A DNA stretch of 64,000 nucleotides, from the NCBI GenBank assembly GCA_963665525.1, contig OY762280.1, positions 3,597,410 through 3,661,409 of the forward strand, given 5' to 3'. Numbering within the stretch: the first letter of the stretch is position 1; each line of letters begins with the position of its first letter. The position numbers were made by a program, and so were the translations under genes. The DNA is from Bacteroidales bacterium (GTDB lineage: Bacteria > Bacteroidota > Bacteroidia > Bacteroidales > UBA12077). The notes beneath the pieces are model-generated. The model was given only the letters and a program-made list of their open reading frames with translations. It was not told where the DNA came from and did no database searches. Positions 9,624-18,350 of this stretch are shown here, in pieces.

Positions 9624-10792
9624 TTAGTTTTTATAACTCATATACTCGTGCATATTCGATTTTAGAAAATATTCCATTTCAGTTTTATTATTTTCATCTA
9701 CTTCGCTAAAAGCAAAAGCAAAAACCGGGTATTTATGGTAATCTATTTTGTGCATGTGTAACAAATTAGAAAAGCCTTTTTTAAAAGCATCATAATTTAC
9801 TTTTTCCACTTTTTCTGGACGAATATCATGACTTGCAATAATCACATTGTATTGCGAATTTTCCTTGCCTTTGAAGCTTTCATGCCAATCAGGAACTTCC
9901 TCTTTAAAATAGGCTTCGTATGGATTAAATCCTCGCGAATATTTTGTCATATCACCCATGCAAAAACCTGCAAATCGCATTGGATTAGCCTCAATTGGAA
10001 TAGCTACTCCCTGTGAATTAATACGAAACTCAATATGCATAGCAAAATTACGGAATTTCCCTTCTGTTGATAATGCTTCAAGTACGTGCATAAACTTATC
10101 ATATCCAACATCAAAAACTTTCTTAGATGTAAAATACAAACGATCGCTCACATCTTTCCCAGAAGCAAAAACATGCTCGTATATATTCACAATCTCAGGT
10201 TTTCCATCCGCTTTAAAGAAAGCATCTACAGCATATTCCTTACCATCAATTAGTTCTTCCAGTAAAAACCGATTACTATCTAAAACTTCTTTTGGAAAAA
10301 TATGTTCGGCTTCTTTCATTTCCTTTTTTAAGTCAACCAGAACTTTATCCCAGTCTTGTTTATTCTCAACAACATGAATCCCCAAACTAAAAAATCCAGT
10401 AACCGGTTTAATAATAAATGGAAAACCAAACTCCTCTACATTAAAACTTGGCAAATTGTCAAAACTCACTTCAGCAAATCTAAAATCAGGATAAACAGGT
10501 TTTAACAATTCGCGAAATTTAAACTTATCCTTACATAATTCAATCAGTTCTGGAAGATGTGTGTGTTTCAAATTTTCCTGAATCCAAGCGATACTATTCT
10601 CTGAATTACAATAAATCTTTGGTTCCTTTCATTGGCAAGTTTTTCCAATGTTTCTTTCTCTTCAACTGTTAAAACTCGTTGGGTTGTTCCAATTAAATTT
10701 CTTGCCGATTCTGTTTGAATCATTGGAATATTTATTTGTTCACTTGTTTGCATCAACAACTCCGATGCAAAAGGATAATCTATTAAAAACAT
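9624..10792 (-). pseudogene. ATP-grasp domain protein split by a single-nucleotide frameshift (pseudogene or assembly error)
   Basis: A 74-aa ORF (10568-10792) and a 315-aa ORF (9624-10571, with only a TTG start) are adjacent on the same strand. The downstream frame stays open back to a TGA at about 10622. Adding one A in ...GAAAGGAA^CCAAAG... (about 10608-10612) gives a continuous ...EKLANERKPKIYCNSENSIAWIQENLKHTHLPELIE... of about 390 aa. The C-terminal part has an ATP-grasp-like fold signature (FPFIIKPVTGFFSLGIHVV, EELIDGKEYAVDAFF, IEANPMRFAG). Confidence 0.6.
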
Positions 10793-11026
10793 ATCTACTT
10801 TTTTAAAACAAGGCGCAAAATTAGAAAAAATATCTTTCTAAAATTTGATATCGATAAGGAAATTAGAGAATTAAGGAATCTTCAATACAAAAATGAATTC
10901 TTATAGAAAAATTATCTTTAATTAAACCATAAATAATTCAAAAAGCGAAGTTAAATATCTAAAAACTAAAAAAATCAGATAGTATATAAAAATGTGTTAG
11001 AATATATGAGCTTCAGAAAGATTTTG

Positions 11027-12262
11027 TTAATAAAACTCAAAACCAATAATAGAAATATCGTCGAAAATGGCAGCATTATCTTCGAGAATTTTCTGTTGCT
11101 TAACTATAGTTCCTATATTATCATCAATATCCTTTGAATTGGCAATGTTCATTTCTATTTGCTTAGTTCCAAAACTTACACCTTCATCATCAACCAATTC
11201 AACTAAACCATCTGTATAGCAAAACAATTTCGATTTTTTTTCAATTTTAAGTGTGCCAAGTTTTAAAGTCGGAATCTCATCGAGCATGCCCATACCAACA
11301 CAACCATCCCGTAAGAATAGCAGATCTTTGTTCTCCATATTATAAAAAATAGGAGGATTATGTCCTGCATTAATATATTCCAGGGTATTTGATTTGTAAC
11401 TATAACGCCCAATAAAAAGAGTAATAAATTTTTCGCCTTTAGCACTGGCCATTACCCTTTCATTTAATTTTTCTATCAATTCTTGTAATGGTACTTTAGC
11501 CGTAAATAAGGCGCGTAAATTAGCCTGGAAATTTGACATTAATAAAGCTGCTGAAATTCCTTTCCCTGAAACATCGGCTATACAAAAACCTATTTCATCT
11601 TTGCTTAACTGGATAAAATCGTAGTAATCACCTCCAACTTCTAAATGCGGATGGTAGAATGTAGAAACAAGAATCTTTTCGTTATGTGGTAATATTGACC
11701 TGTCAGGAATAAGCATCGACTGCATCTTGGATGCCAGTTCCAACTCTTTCTTTAAGGCCTCTTGTTTTAACGATTCTTTATATAAACGAATATTTTCAAT
11801 GGCAACAATAATAATATTTGATAATGTTTGAATGAAATGAAGGTGTTTAATCGTAGGACTTACACCCTCCTTTTCTTCATCAATATCACCAATTAGAACA
11901 AATGCGATTGGGATATTATTATTAATGACCGGAATGATATTATCGAAAACTCTTAATGTTGGATTTGGCGATGCGGTAATAAAAGAAATTTCTTCATGTC
12001 CTAATAGATCCTTTTCAACATCTATTCGTTTGATAATCTCATTAGAACATCCTGAACTTAAAATTAAATCCCAATCTTTATCATATTTAAAGATCAGGAT
12101 TTTACCAATATTTAAATCTTCGCGAAGAATTTTCTCATAACGATGAAGCAATTCTTCGGTTGAAAGATTCTCGTTAATAGCTTTTGTAATAGTTAACAAG
12201 GTATTCAGCTTAAATGTCGAAAGCTTTAACCTGTTTATCGATGCTTTTCCGGCAAGGTCCAT
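11027..12262 (-). CDS. GAF-domain PP2C/SpoIIE-family serine phosphatase (RsbU-like)
   Basis: The C-terminal half contains GGDYYDF, ADVSGKGISAALLMS, NAGHNPP and YTDGLVE (SpoIIE/PP2C motifs). The N-terminal 170 aa or so look GAF-like. Confidence 0.8.
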   Translation of the reverse strand: MDLAGKASINRLKLSTFKLNTLLTITKAINENLSTEELLHRYEKILREDLNIGKILIFKYDKDWDLILSSGCSNEIIKRIDVEKDLLGHEEISFITASPNPTLRVFDNIIPVINNNIPIAFVLIGDIDEEKEGVSPTIKHLHFIQTLSNIIIVAIENIRLYKESLKQEALKKELELASKMQSMLIPDRSILPHNEKILVSTFYHPHLEVGGDYYDFIQLSKDEIGFCIADVSGKGISAALLMSNFQANLRALFTAKVPLQELIEKLNERVMASAKGEKFITLFIGRYSYKSNTLEYINAGHNPPIFYNMENKDLLFLRDGCVGMGMLDEIPTLKLGTLKIEKKSKLFCYTDGLVELVDDEGVSFGTKQIEMNIANSKDIDDNIGTIVKQQKILEDNAAIFDDISIIGFEFY

Positions 12263-12319
12263 TTGTTCTTTTTTACAAATCTGAATAAATGTACGAAATT
12301 TAAGAACAAAAAGAAAGAT

Positions 12320-12889
12320 TTACTCTTTTACCCTTTCACCATATGAATGATCTCTGGTATCAACCTTAATTTTATCACCTGTGTTAACAAATAAAGGAAC
12401 CATTATTTCTGCTTCTGTCTCTAACTTGGCAGGTTTTAATGATGTACTGGAAGATGTATCCCCTTTTAATCCTGGTTCGGTATAAATAACTTCTAACACA
12501 ACATAAGCAGGAAGTTCTGCATATAATGGTGTTTCAGTGTCGGCATGCCATACAGCTTCAACTCCTTGTCCTTCTTTTAATAAATCAGGAGCATTAATTA
12601 ACTCTTCTTGAAAAGATACTTGTTCGAAAGTCTCACTATGCATAAAATGATATCCCATATCGTCTTTATAAAGAAACTGATAAGGACGACGCTCAATACG
12701 CTGAACATTCACTTTAACACCAGCATTAAAAGTATTATCAATAACTTTACCTGTTTTTAGGTTTTTAAGTTTTGTTCTAACAAAAGCTGCTCCTTTTCCT
12801 GGTTTTACATGTTGAAACTGAACGATTGTATATAAATCTCCATTATACTCAATACATAATCCATTTTTAAAATCTGCTGTACTTGCCAT
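12320..12889 (-). CDS. efp: Elongation factor P
   Basis: [39 protein letters not shown] is the canonical EF-P N-terminus. The loop lysine K32 is in the PGKG motif (codon 12794-12796). Confidence 0.95.
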   Translation of the reverse strand: MASTADFKNGLCIEYNGDLYTIVQFQHVKPGKGAAFVRTKLKNLKTGKVIDNTFNAGVKVNVQRIERRPYQFLYKDDMGYHFMHSETFEQVSFQEELINAPDLLKEGQGVEAVWHADTETPLYAELPAYVVLEVIYTEPGLKGDTSSSTSLKPAKLETEAEIMVPLFVNTGDKIKVDTRDHSYGERVKE

Positions 12890-12920
12890 AATCTTTAATT
12901 TTATTCAAATGAAATTTGTG

Positions 12921-12928
12921 CAAAAATA
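12921..12928 (-). promoter_or_regulatory. Candidate -7 box for efp (TATTTTTG on the minus strand)
   Basis: The plus strand reads CAAAAATA. The reverse complement matches TAnnTTTG, 32 nt upstream of the efp ATG. Confidence 0.35.
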
Positions 12929-12993
12929 ATGTAAATCATTGAAATAACCTGATTAAACTTTTAAATCAGATTCATTTTAAGAAAAGTCCCTTT

Positions 12994-13767
12994 TTAAAGC
13001 ACCTCTAGCTTGTGCTGTAATCCAGAATATTCAATTAAATCACACTTTATAGACCCAATAATCAGGTCAATACGGATTTGCACAGGAATGTAATTTTTAT
13101 CTTTCGATATCCAAATTGTTACATCGTCTTCCGAATCAAAGATTCTGCCTGGTTCAACAACCGGTGAAAATTTCATGGTATTAAACTTTCCTAATTTGGT
13201 TTTTATGGTTTCATCACCTACATAACGCATTTTTAAGGGGAAAACCTCATCGGCAAAATAAGTGTCTAAAATTAACTCGTCGCCAATATTCTGAATACGA
13301 CTAACCATAGATTCGCGGAAATAATAAAAAGCACCCAACATATCGAAAATGTTTTCCGGTACTTCGTGCTCACCCGATTTTTGACTTACCACCTTATTTT
13401 CTTCGTAATTATATCTTACCTCGTTGTAATATCTGTATTTTCCTTCGCTAATATTTCGAATAGCAAGATATGTTTGGTTATTTTCTGGTCTGAAAAAACT
13501 TTCGTAAACATCACGAACTTCAAATAATTTATCTGCTAATCCAATGGTTTTTGCCTGTGCAACAGCATGATATAAATTCTGATTTTCTAATATGGAATCA
13601 TTAATTATAAAAGTTGCGGTTCCTGCATTAAGCCAACCAAAATGTGCAATATATACTAATTTTTCTCCAGCAATATAAGGTTTTATATCATCTGTTTTAT
13701 TCGCATGAAAGCTCGAGCTTATAATAAAAATAAGTATCAGGAAAATTATATTTGATCTACCTTTCAT
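12994..13767 (-). CDS. Secreted DUF3108-like protein
   Basis: Signal peptide (IIFLILIFIISSSFHA). GEKLVY..HFGWLNAGTATF and a C-terminal block IPVQIRIDLIIGSIKCDLIEY resemble DUF3108. This is recalled from memory, not searched. Confidence 0.5.
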   Translation of the reverse strand: MKGRSNIIFLILIFIISSSFHANKTDDIKPYIAGEKLVYIAHFGWLNAGTATFIINDSILENQNLYHAVAQAKTIGLADKLFEVRDVYESFFRPENNQTYLAIRNISEGKYRYYNEVRYNYEENKVVSQKSGEHEVPENIFDMLGAFYYFRESMVSRIQNIGDELILDTYFADEVFPLKMRYVGDETIKTKLGKFNTMKFSPVVEPGRIFDSEDDVTIWISKDKNYIPVQIRIDLIIGSIKCDLIEYSGLQHKLEVL

Positions 13768-13804
13768 GTTTGAAGTTTTAAAACAGAAAGCAAAAATGAT
13801 GCAA

Positions 13805-14521
13805 CTATTTAAAAATATTCTTCTTTGGAACCGTAGCTATAAAATCTTTTAAATAAAAAGGCTCAAAATAAGCTACATCTTCAAAATGCTGTTTGTCGAA
13901 TGCTGTTTCAGCAATTTTAATCATATCTTTTGCTGATGGATCGTAACCAGGAATAAATTTAGCATTCTTGTGTCTTATCACTTCTGTAATTTTTTCAGAG
14001 CCATCACCAAAAAATATCATCTGTTTATTCTCTAAAATATCCTGATAAGAAGATTCATCAATAATCTCAGCTTTAACATCTCTAGTAAACTCTCCTTCTG
14101 AGTTAAAAAAAGCAGAGTAAACCTCCATTCTTCGAGCATCAATCATTGGAACTAATATGGCTTTTTCAATTTCATGGATTGATAAATTTCCCTCCGCCTG
14201 CCTTTGGATTATTCCATTAGCCATTGATTGTAAGGTATTCACAGCAACTAATGGTAAATCTTTTGCAAAACACAAGCCTTTTGCTGTAGAAACACCAATT
14301 CTAAGTCCTGTATAAGATCCTGGTCCTTTACTAATTGCAATAGCATCCAGATCATCAACCTTAATATGAAGTTCATTGAATAATTCTTGAATAAAAATAG
14401 TCAGTTTCTTGGCATGTGATTTTTCTTCCTTACTTTCTCTCAACCCTATTGCTTGCCCATCACGCGAAACACATACCGAACATACTCTTGTTGAAGTCTC
14501 AATGTGTAGTATTAATGCCAT
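13805..14521 (-). CDS. tsaB: tRNA t6A37 threonylcarbamoyl transfer complex dimerization subunit TsaB
   Basis: MALILHIETSTRVCSV ... AISKGPGSYTGLRIGVSTAKGL is the canonical TsaB (YeaZ) N-terminus. The start is moved from the track's 14593 to the ATG at 14521. Confidence 0.85.
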   Translation of the reverse strand: MALILHIETSTRVCSVCVSRDGQAIGLRESKEEKSHAKKLTIFIQELFNELHIKVDDLDAIAISKGPGSYTGLRIGVSTAKGLCFAKDLPLVAVNTLQSMANGIIQRQAEGNLSIHEIEKAILVPMIDARRMEVYSAFFNSEGEFTRDVKAEIIDESSYQDILENKQMIFFGDGSEKITEVIRHKNAKFIPGYDPSAKDMIKIAETAFDKQHFEDVAYFEPFYLKDFIATVPKKNIFK

Positions 14522-14690
14522 ATAAATCCTCTTTTCTTCAGCTATATCAACAAAGATTAAACCTAAATAATAAATGCCAAATTTATGAAACATATCATTA
14601 GTAAAAGATTAATTTTTGATCTTTTTTATCCCATATTTATTTTTTAATTTAGTGAACTACAGGATCGACCAAAAATCTTATTTTATACCA

Positions 14691-17513
14691 ATGCGTAAAC
14701 CTATATTCTACTTTAGAAATAAAGAAATTAAAATTACTAACTTCTTTTTAACGCAAACTGTTGTAGTAATTAGTTCGATGTGTATTATTGCTGCTTTCTT
14801 TTGGATCAATGGTAAATATAAGAGCATGCAATCAGAACTAGACAGAGTTCAGGTTGAATATGTTCATTCACAGAAAGAACTTATTAAAAGAGAAACTCAA
14901 CATGCCATTAACGACATCAATTATTCAATCAAAAGAGCAGATCAGACCTTACGTAATAAAATAAAATTTCGCGTTTATCAGGCACATAGAATTGCATCCA
15001 ATATTTATAATGAAAATGTAGGTAAAAAGACTAATGCAGAAATTAAGAAACTTATTAAAGATGCTTTAAGACCTGTGGTTTACGACAACAAATATGAATA
15101 CATTTTTATTGCTTCATTAAACGGAACCGAAGTATTATTTCCCACATATCCAGAGTTGGAAGGTAAAAATGTGTATGACTATCAAGATGAATTAGGTCAT
15201 TATATCATGCAAGAAGAAATTAAAATTGTGACCACAAAAGGAGAAGGTTTTTCGGAGAGTCATTGGAGATATGCAGAAGAAGATACAATTACAGTTAAAA
15301 AGAAACTGTCTTATGTAAAACTTTTTCAACCTTTTAACTGGTATATTGGAACCGGCTGTTTTTACTACGATCATACAAAATCAATGAAAGATGAAATTTT
15401 AGCAAGTCTTTCAAATTATCGATATGGAAAAGAAGGCTATATTTTTGTTAACACCTATGATGGTGACGCACTCTTGATGAATGGTGAGATTGTGACTCAA
15501 AAAATGAATGCATGGGATTTAGAAGATGCTAATGGCATTAAAGTAATTCAAGAAGAAAGAAAAGCTGTTAAAAAAGCAGAAGGAGATTATATCTATTATT
15601 CCTGGAGAAGGCTTTCCGATTCTGTTATTATCCCAAAGATGTCGTTTATTAAAGGTATACCTGAATGGGAATGGATGGTTGGCACAGGAGTTTATTTAGA
15701 TGAAATCAATTCACACCTAAATTCCATTGAGACTGAACTAAAAAATAAAATAATTCGTGACATTAAATTTGTTGTTATTTTAAGTCTTGGAATATTTATA
15801 TTTCTATCATTAATAGCCATTTTTACCTCCAGAAAACTTAAGAAAAACATCTCCTTATTTATTCGGTTTTTCGAAACGGCAACTAAAAATTATAAACTCA
15901 TTGATAAATCTAAAATTGCATACTCAGAGTTTAATACTATTGCTGATTATGCTAATAAAATGATTACGAACTTAAAAGTTACTGAAACAAAGAAAAAGGA
16001 AGAACAAGCTCATTACAAAAAACTTTTTGATGAATCTATCGAAGCGATTGCTTTTGTTGATAAAGAAGAAAAAGTACAAAGAATTAATCAGGCTTTTACC
16101 AAGTTATTTGGATATACTATTGGTGATCTTAGAAATAAGAATCTCAATGATGTCATTGTTCCGAAAAAGTTTATTAAGGAAGCTTTAAATTATTCCAAGA
16201 ATTTTAAAGAAGGAACTTATGACGAAGTAGAAGCAATTCGCTATAATAAAGAACGTAAAAAAATTCATGTTGCCATAACGGGAGCACCCGTATTAGTTAA
16301 TAACCAAAACTTAGGAACATACATTGTTTACAGAAATATTACTAATCAAAAGATTTTTGAACAAGAATTATATACTGCCAAAGTAAAAGCCGAAGAATCT
16401 GATCGACTTAAATCTTCATTTTTAACAAATTTATCGCACGAAATAAGAACTCCTTTAAATGCTATTATAGGATTCTCAACGCTTTTAAATACAAAAGATA
16501 TTGGAGCTGAAGAACAAAAAGAATATTTGAAAATCCTTGAAAATAGTGGTAAATCATTGTTAGAAATTATCGATAATATTATTGACTTTTCGAAAATCGA
16601 ATCATCCACTTTAGTTATAAATAAAACCAATAATAATTTTAATGAATTATTAGATGAGATTCTTATAGATTATGTTGATTTTAAGAATAATATGAGTTTT
16701 GATAAAATCGATCTCAAACTAAAGAAAGAAGGTGAGCAAAATCATTTATTTGTATTTACAGACTTTAAAAGAATAAAGCAGGTATTTACAAATTTACTTG
16801 ATAATGCCTTTAAGTTTACTGAAAAAGGAGAAATATCGTTTGGATATCAAATTGAGAGTGACGATATTGTCTGTTTTGTAAAAGATACTGGTATTGGCAT
16901 AAATAAAGAAGAATTAAAATTTATTTTCGATCGATTTCGTCAGGTTGATGAATCCTCAACACGCAAATATGGTGGAACAGGTATTGGATTAGCTTTGTGT
17001 AAAAGTTTGATTGAATTGTTAGATGGTCGTATTTGGGTAGAATCCAATAAGAACGAAGGATCAACCTTTTACTTTACTATTCCACTTGCTGATCATGAAA
17101 ATGTTAAAAAGAAAAATCCGGAACAAAAAACGCTACAAGATTTTAACTGGTCTCATAAAAAAATTCTTATAGCCGAAGATGTTGAAACGAATTACAAACT
17201 ATTAGAAACAATCCTTTCAAGATCTAATGCTAAAATACTTTGGGCCAAAGACGGTAACGAAGTTGTTGAAATGGTTGAAATAAATACCGATATTGATCTT
17301 ATTTTAATGGATATTAATATGCCTATAATGAATGGCCATGAGGCTACCAAGATACTTAAAAGTAAAGGGCTAGAAATACCAATCATTGCACAAACAGCTT
17401 ATGCTACCGAAGAACAAAAAAATGAAATTCTTAGTATGGGATATGATGATTATGTTTTAAAACCCATAACATTCCAGGTGTTATTTCAAAAAGTATCTAA
17501 ATTTTTAGATTAA
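14691..17513 (+). CDS. Hybrid sensor histidine kinase/response regulator with a tandem single-Cache-type periplasmic domain (TM, 2x Cache, TM, PAS, HisKA, HATPase_c, REC)
   Basis: Two Cache-like repeats (YIFIASLNGTEVLFP...NWYIGTGCFY and GYIFVNTYDGDALLMNG...EWEWMVGTGVYLDEI). H-box LTNLSHEIRTPLNAIIG. DTGIGI and GGTGIGL motifs. Receiver ILIAEDVETNY...DLILMDINMPIMNG...LKP. The start is set at the ATG at 14691, because the track start at 14616 is a TTG. Confidence 0.88.
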   Translation: MRKPIFYFRNKEIKITNFFLTQTVVVISSMCIIAAFFWINGKYKSMQSELDRVQVEYVHSQKELIKRETQHAINDINYSIKRADQTLRNKIKFRVYQAHRIASNIYNENVGKKTNAEIKKLIKDALRPVVYDNKYEYIFIASLNGTEVLFPTYPELEGKNVYDYQDELGHYIMQEEIKIVTTKGEGFSESHWRYAEEDTITVKKKLSYVKLFQPFNWYIGTGCFYYDHTKSMKDEILASLSNYRYGKEGYIFVNTYDGDALLMNGEIVTQKMNAWDLEDANGIKVIQEERKAVKKAEGDYIYYSWRRLSDSVIIPKMSFIKGIPEWEWMVGTGVYLDEINSHLNSIETELKNKIIRDIKFVVILSLGIFIFLSLIAIFTSRKLKKNISLFIRFFETATKNYKLIDKSKIAYSEFNTIADYANKMITNLKVTETKKKEEQAHYKKLFDESIEAIAFVDKEEKVQRINQAFTKLFGYTIGDLRNKNLNDVIVPKKFIKEALNYSKNFKEGTYDEVEAIRYNKERKKIHVAITGAPVLVNNQNLGTYIVYRNITNQKIFEQELYTAKVKAEESDRLKSSFLTNLSHEIRTPLNAIIGFSTLLNTKDIGAEEQKEYLKILENSGKSLLEIIDNIIDFSKIESSTLVINKTNNNFNELLDEILIDYVDFKNNMSFDKIDLKLKKEGEQNHLFVFTDFKRIKQVFTNLLDNAFKFTEKGEISFGYQIESDDIVCFVKDTGIGINKEELKFIFDRFRQVDESSTRKYGGTGIGLALCKSLIELLDGRIWVESNKNEGSTFYFTIPLADHENVKKKNPEQKTLQDFNWSHKKILIAEDVETNYKLLETILSRSNAKILWAKDGNEVVEMVEINTDIDLILMDINMPIMNGHEATKILKSKGLEIPIIAQTAYATEEQKNEILSMGYDDYVLKPITFQVLFQKVSKFLD

Positions 17514-17537
17514 GATTGCTTTTGTTAATATTGCAAC

Positions 17538-18260
17538 ATGCCTGAAAAAATTATTCGCGTTGATCGTATTGGGAATATTACTTTTCGTAAAAATAAAAGA
17601 TCAAAAAATGTAAGCATATCTATGCGACCTAACAAAGGAATCCTTGTCACTTTCCCTTGGTTTTTAACATACCAATTTGCCTTAAATGTTGTAGAAAAAA
17701 AGCGCTCTTGGATTCTTAATAACCTGCCAAAAATTAAACAGATAGAGAATAAAGCGACTATTTTTAATGAAAACATAAGTTTTAAGTCACGATCTAAACA
17801 TTTTCTTATTCAACAATCCGAAAGTGTAAAAAAAATTACAACAAGTGTCACCAGCAATCAGGTTGTTATAACTTATCCTCAGAATATCAACATTGAAACA
17901 CCAGAAAATCAAATCACAATAAAAAAAGCTATTGCTGAAGCTCTCCGGATCGAAGCCAAAAATTATTTACCTGGCAGAACATTAGAATTGGCTCAAAAAA
18001 ACGGATTTTCTTTTAATAAGATTTCCATTAAAAATACAAAAACTCTTTGGGGAAGTTGTTCTGTAAAAAACAATATCAATTTAAATCTACATTTAATTCG
18101 TTTGCCTGATTATTTAATTGATTATGTGATTATTCATGAACTTTGTCATACTATAGAAAAAAATCATGGCCAGCAATTCTGGAAACTTATGGACACTATT
18201 CTTGGCGATGCCAAAAAAATATCAAAACAACTTAAAGAGTATTCAATAGAACTTTATTAA
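17538..18260 (+). CDS. YgjP-like/DUF45 (M48-related) zinc metallopeptidase
   Basis: HExxH in YVIIHELCHTIEKNHGQQFW, plus KTLWGSCS, typical of the DUF45/YgjP family. Confidence 0.75.
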   Translation: MPEKIIRVDRIGNITFRKNKRSKNVSISMRPNKGILVTFPWFLTYQFALNVVEKKRSWILNNLPKIKQIENKATIFNENISFKSRSKHFLIQQSESVKKITTSVTSNQVVITYPQNINIETPENQITIKKAIAEALRIEAKNYLPGRTLELAQKNGFSFNKISIKNTKTLWGSCSVKNNINLNLHLIRLPDYLIDYVIIHELCHTIEKNHGQQFWKLMDTILGDAKKISKQLKEYSIELY

Positions 18261-18289
18261 AATCTGAAGCCCTAATATTTACTCATCTT

Positions 18290-18296
18290 TAATTTG
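18290..18296 (+). promoter_or_regulatory. Candidate -7 box (TAATTTG) upstream of the sensor-paralogue array
   Basis: TAnnTTTG match 55 nt upstream of the ATG at 18351. It overlaps the track's TTG start at 18294, which argues for 18351 as the true start. Confidence 0.35.
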
Positions 18297-18350
18297 ATTT
18301 TTTCTCAAATTAATGTAAGTTTAGAGGTTATTTTCAAGCAAAACAAGAGT

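Noticed and set aside
17525-17776. An 83-aa minus-strand ORF spanning the hybrid-kinase/DUF45 junction.
   Set aside because: It overlaps the 5' end of the DUF45 gene on the opposite strand. It has no motif, and it lies on the opposite strand to a co-directional, same-strand run of genes.
18294-18350. N-terminal extensions from TTG or upstream starts in the ORF track (18294, 14616, 14593, 28611, 34509, 61325).
   Set aside because: In each case an internal ATG gives a canonical N-terminus (signal peptide, TM, or conserved family start). The extension also overlaps a promoter-like box or a terminator hairpin.
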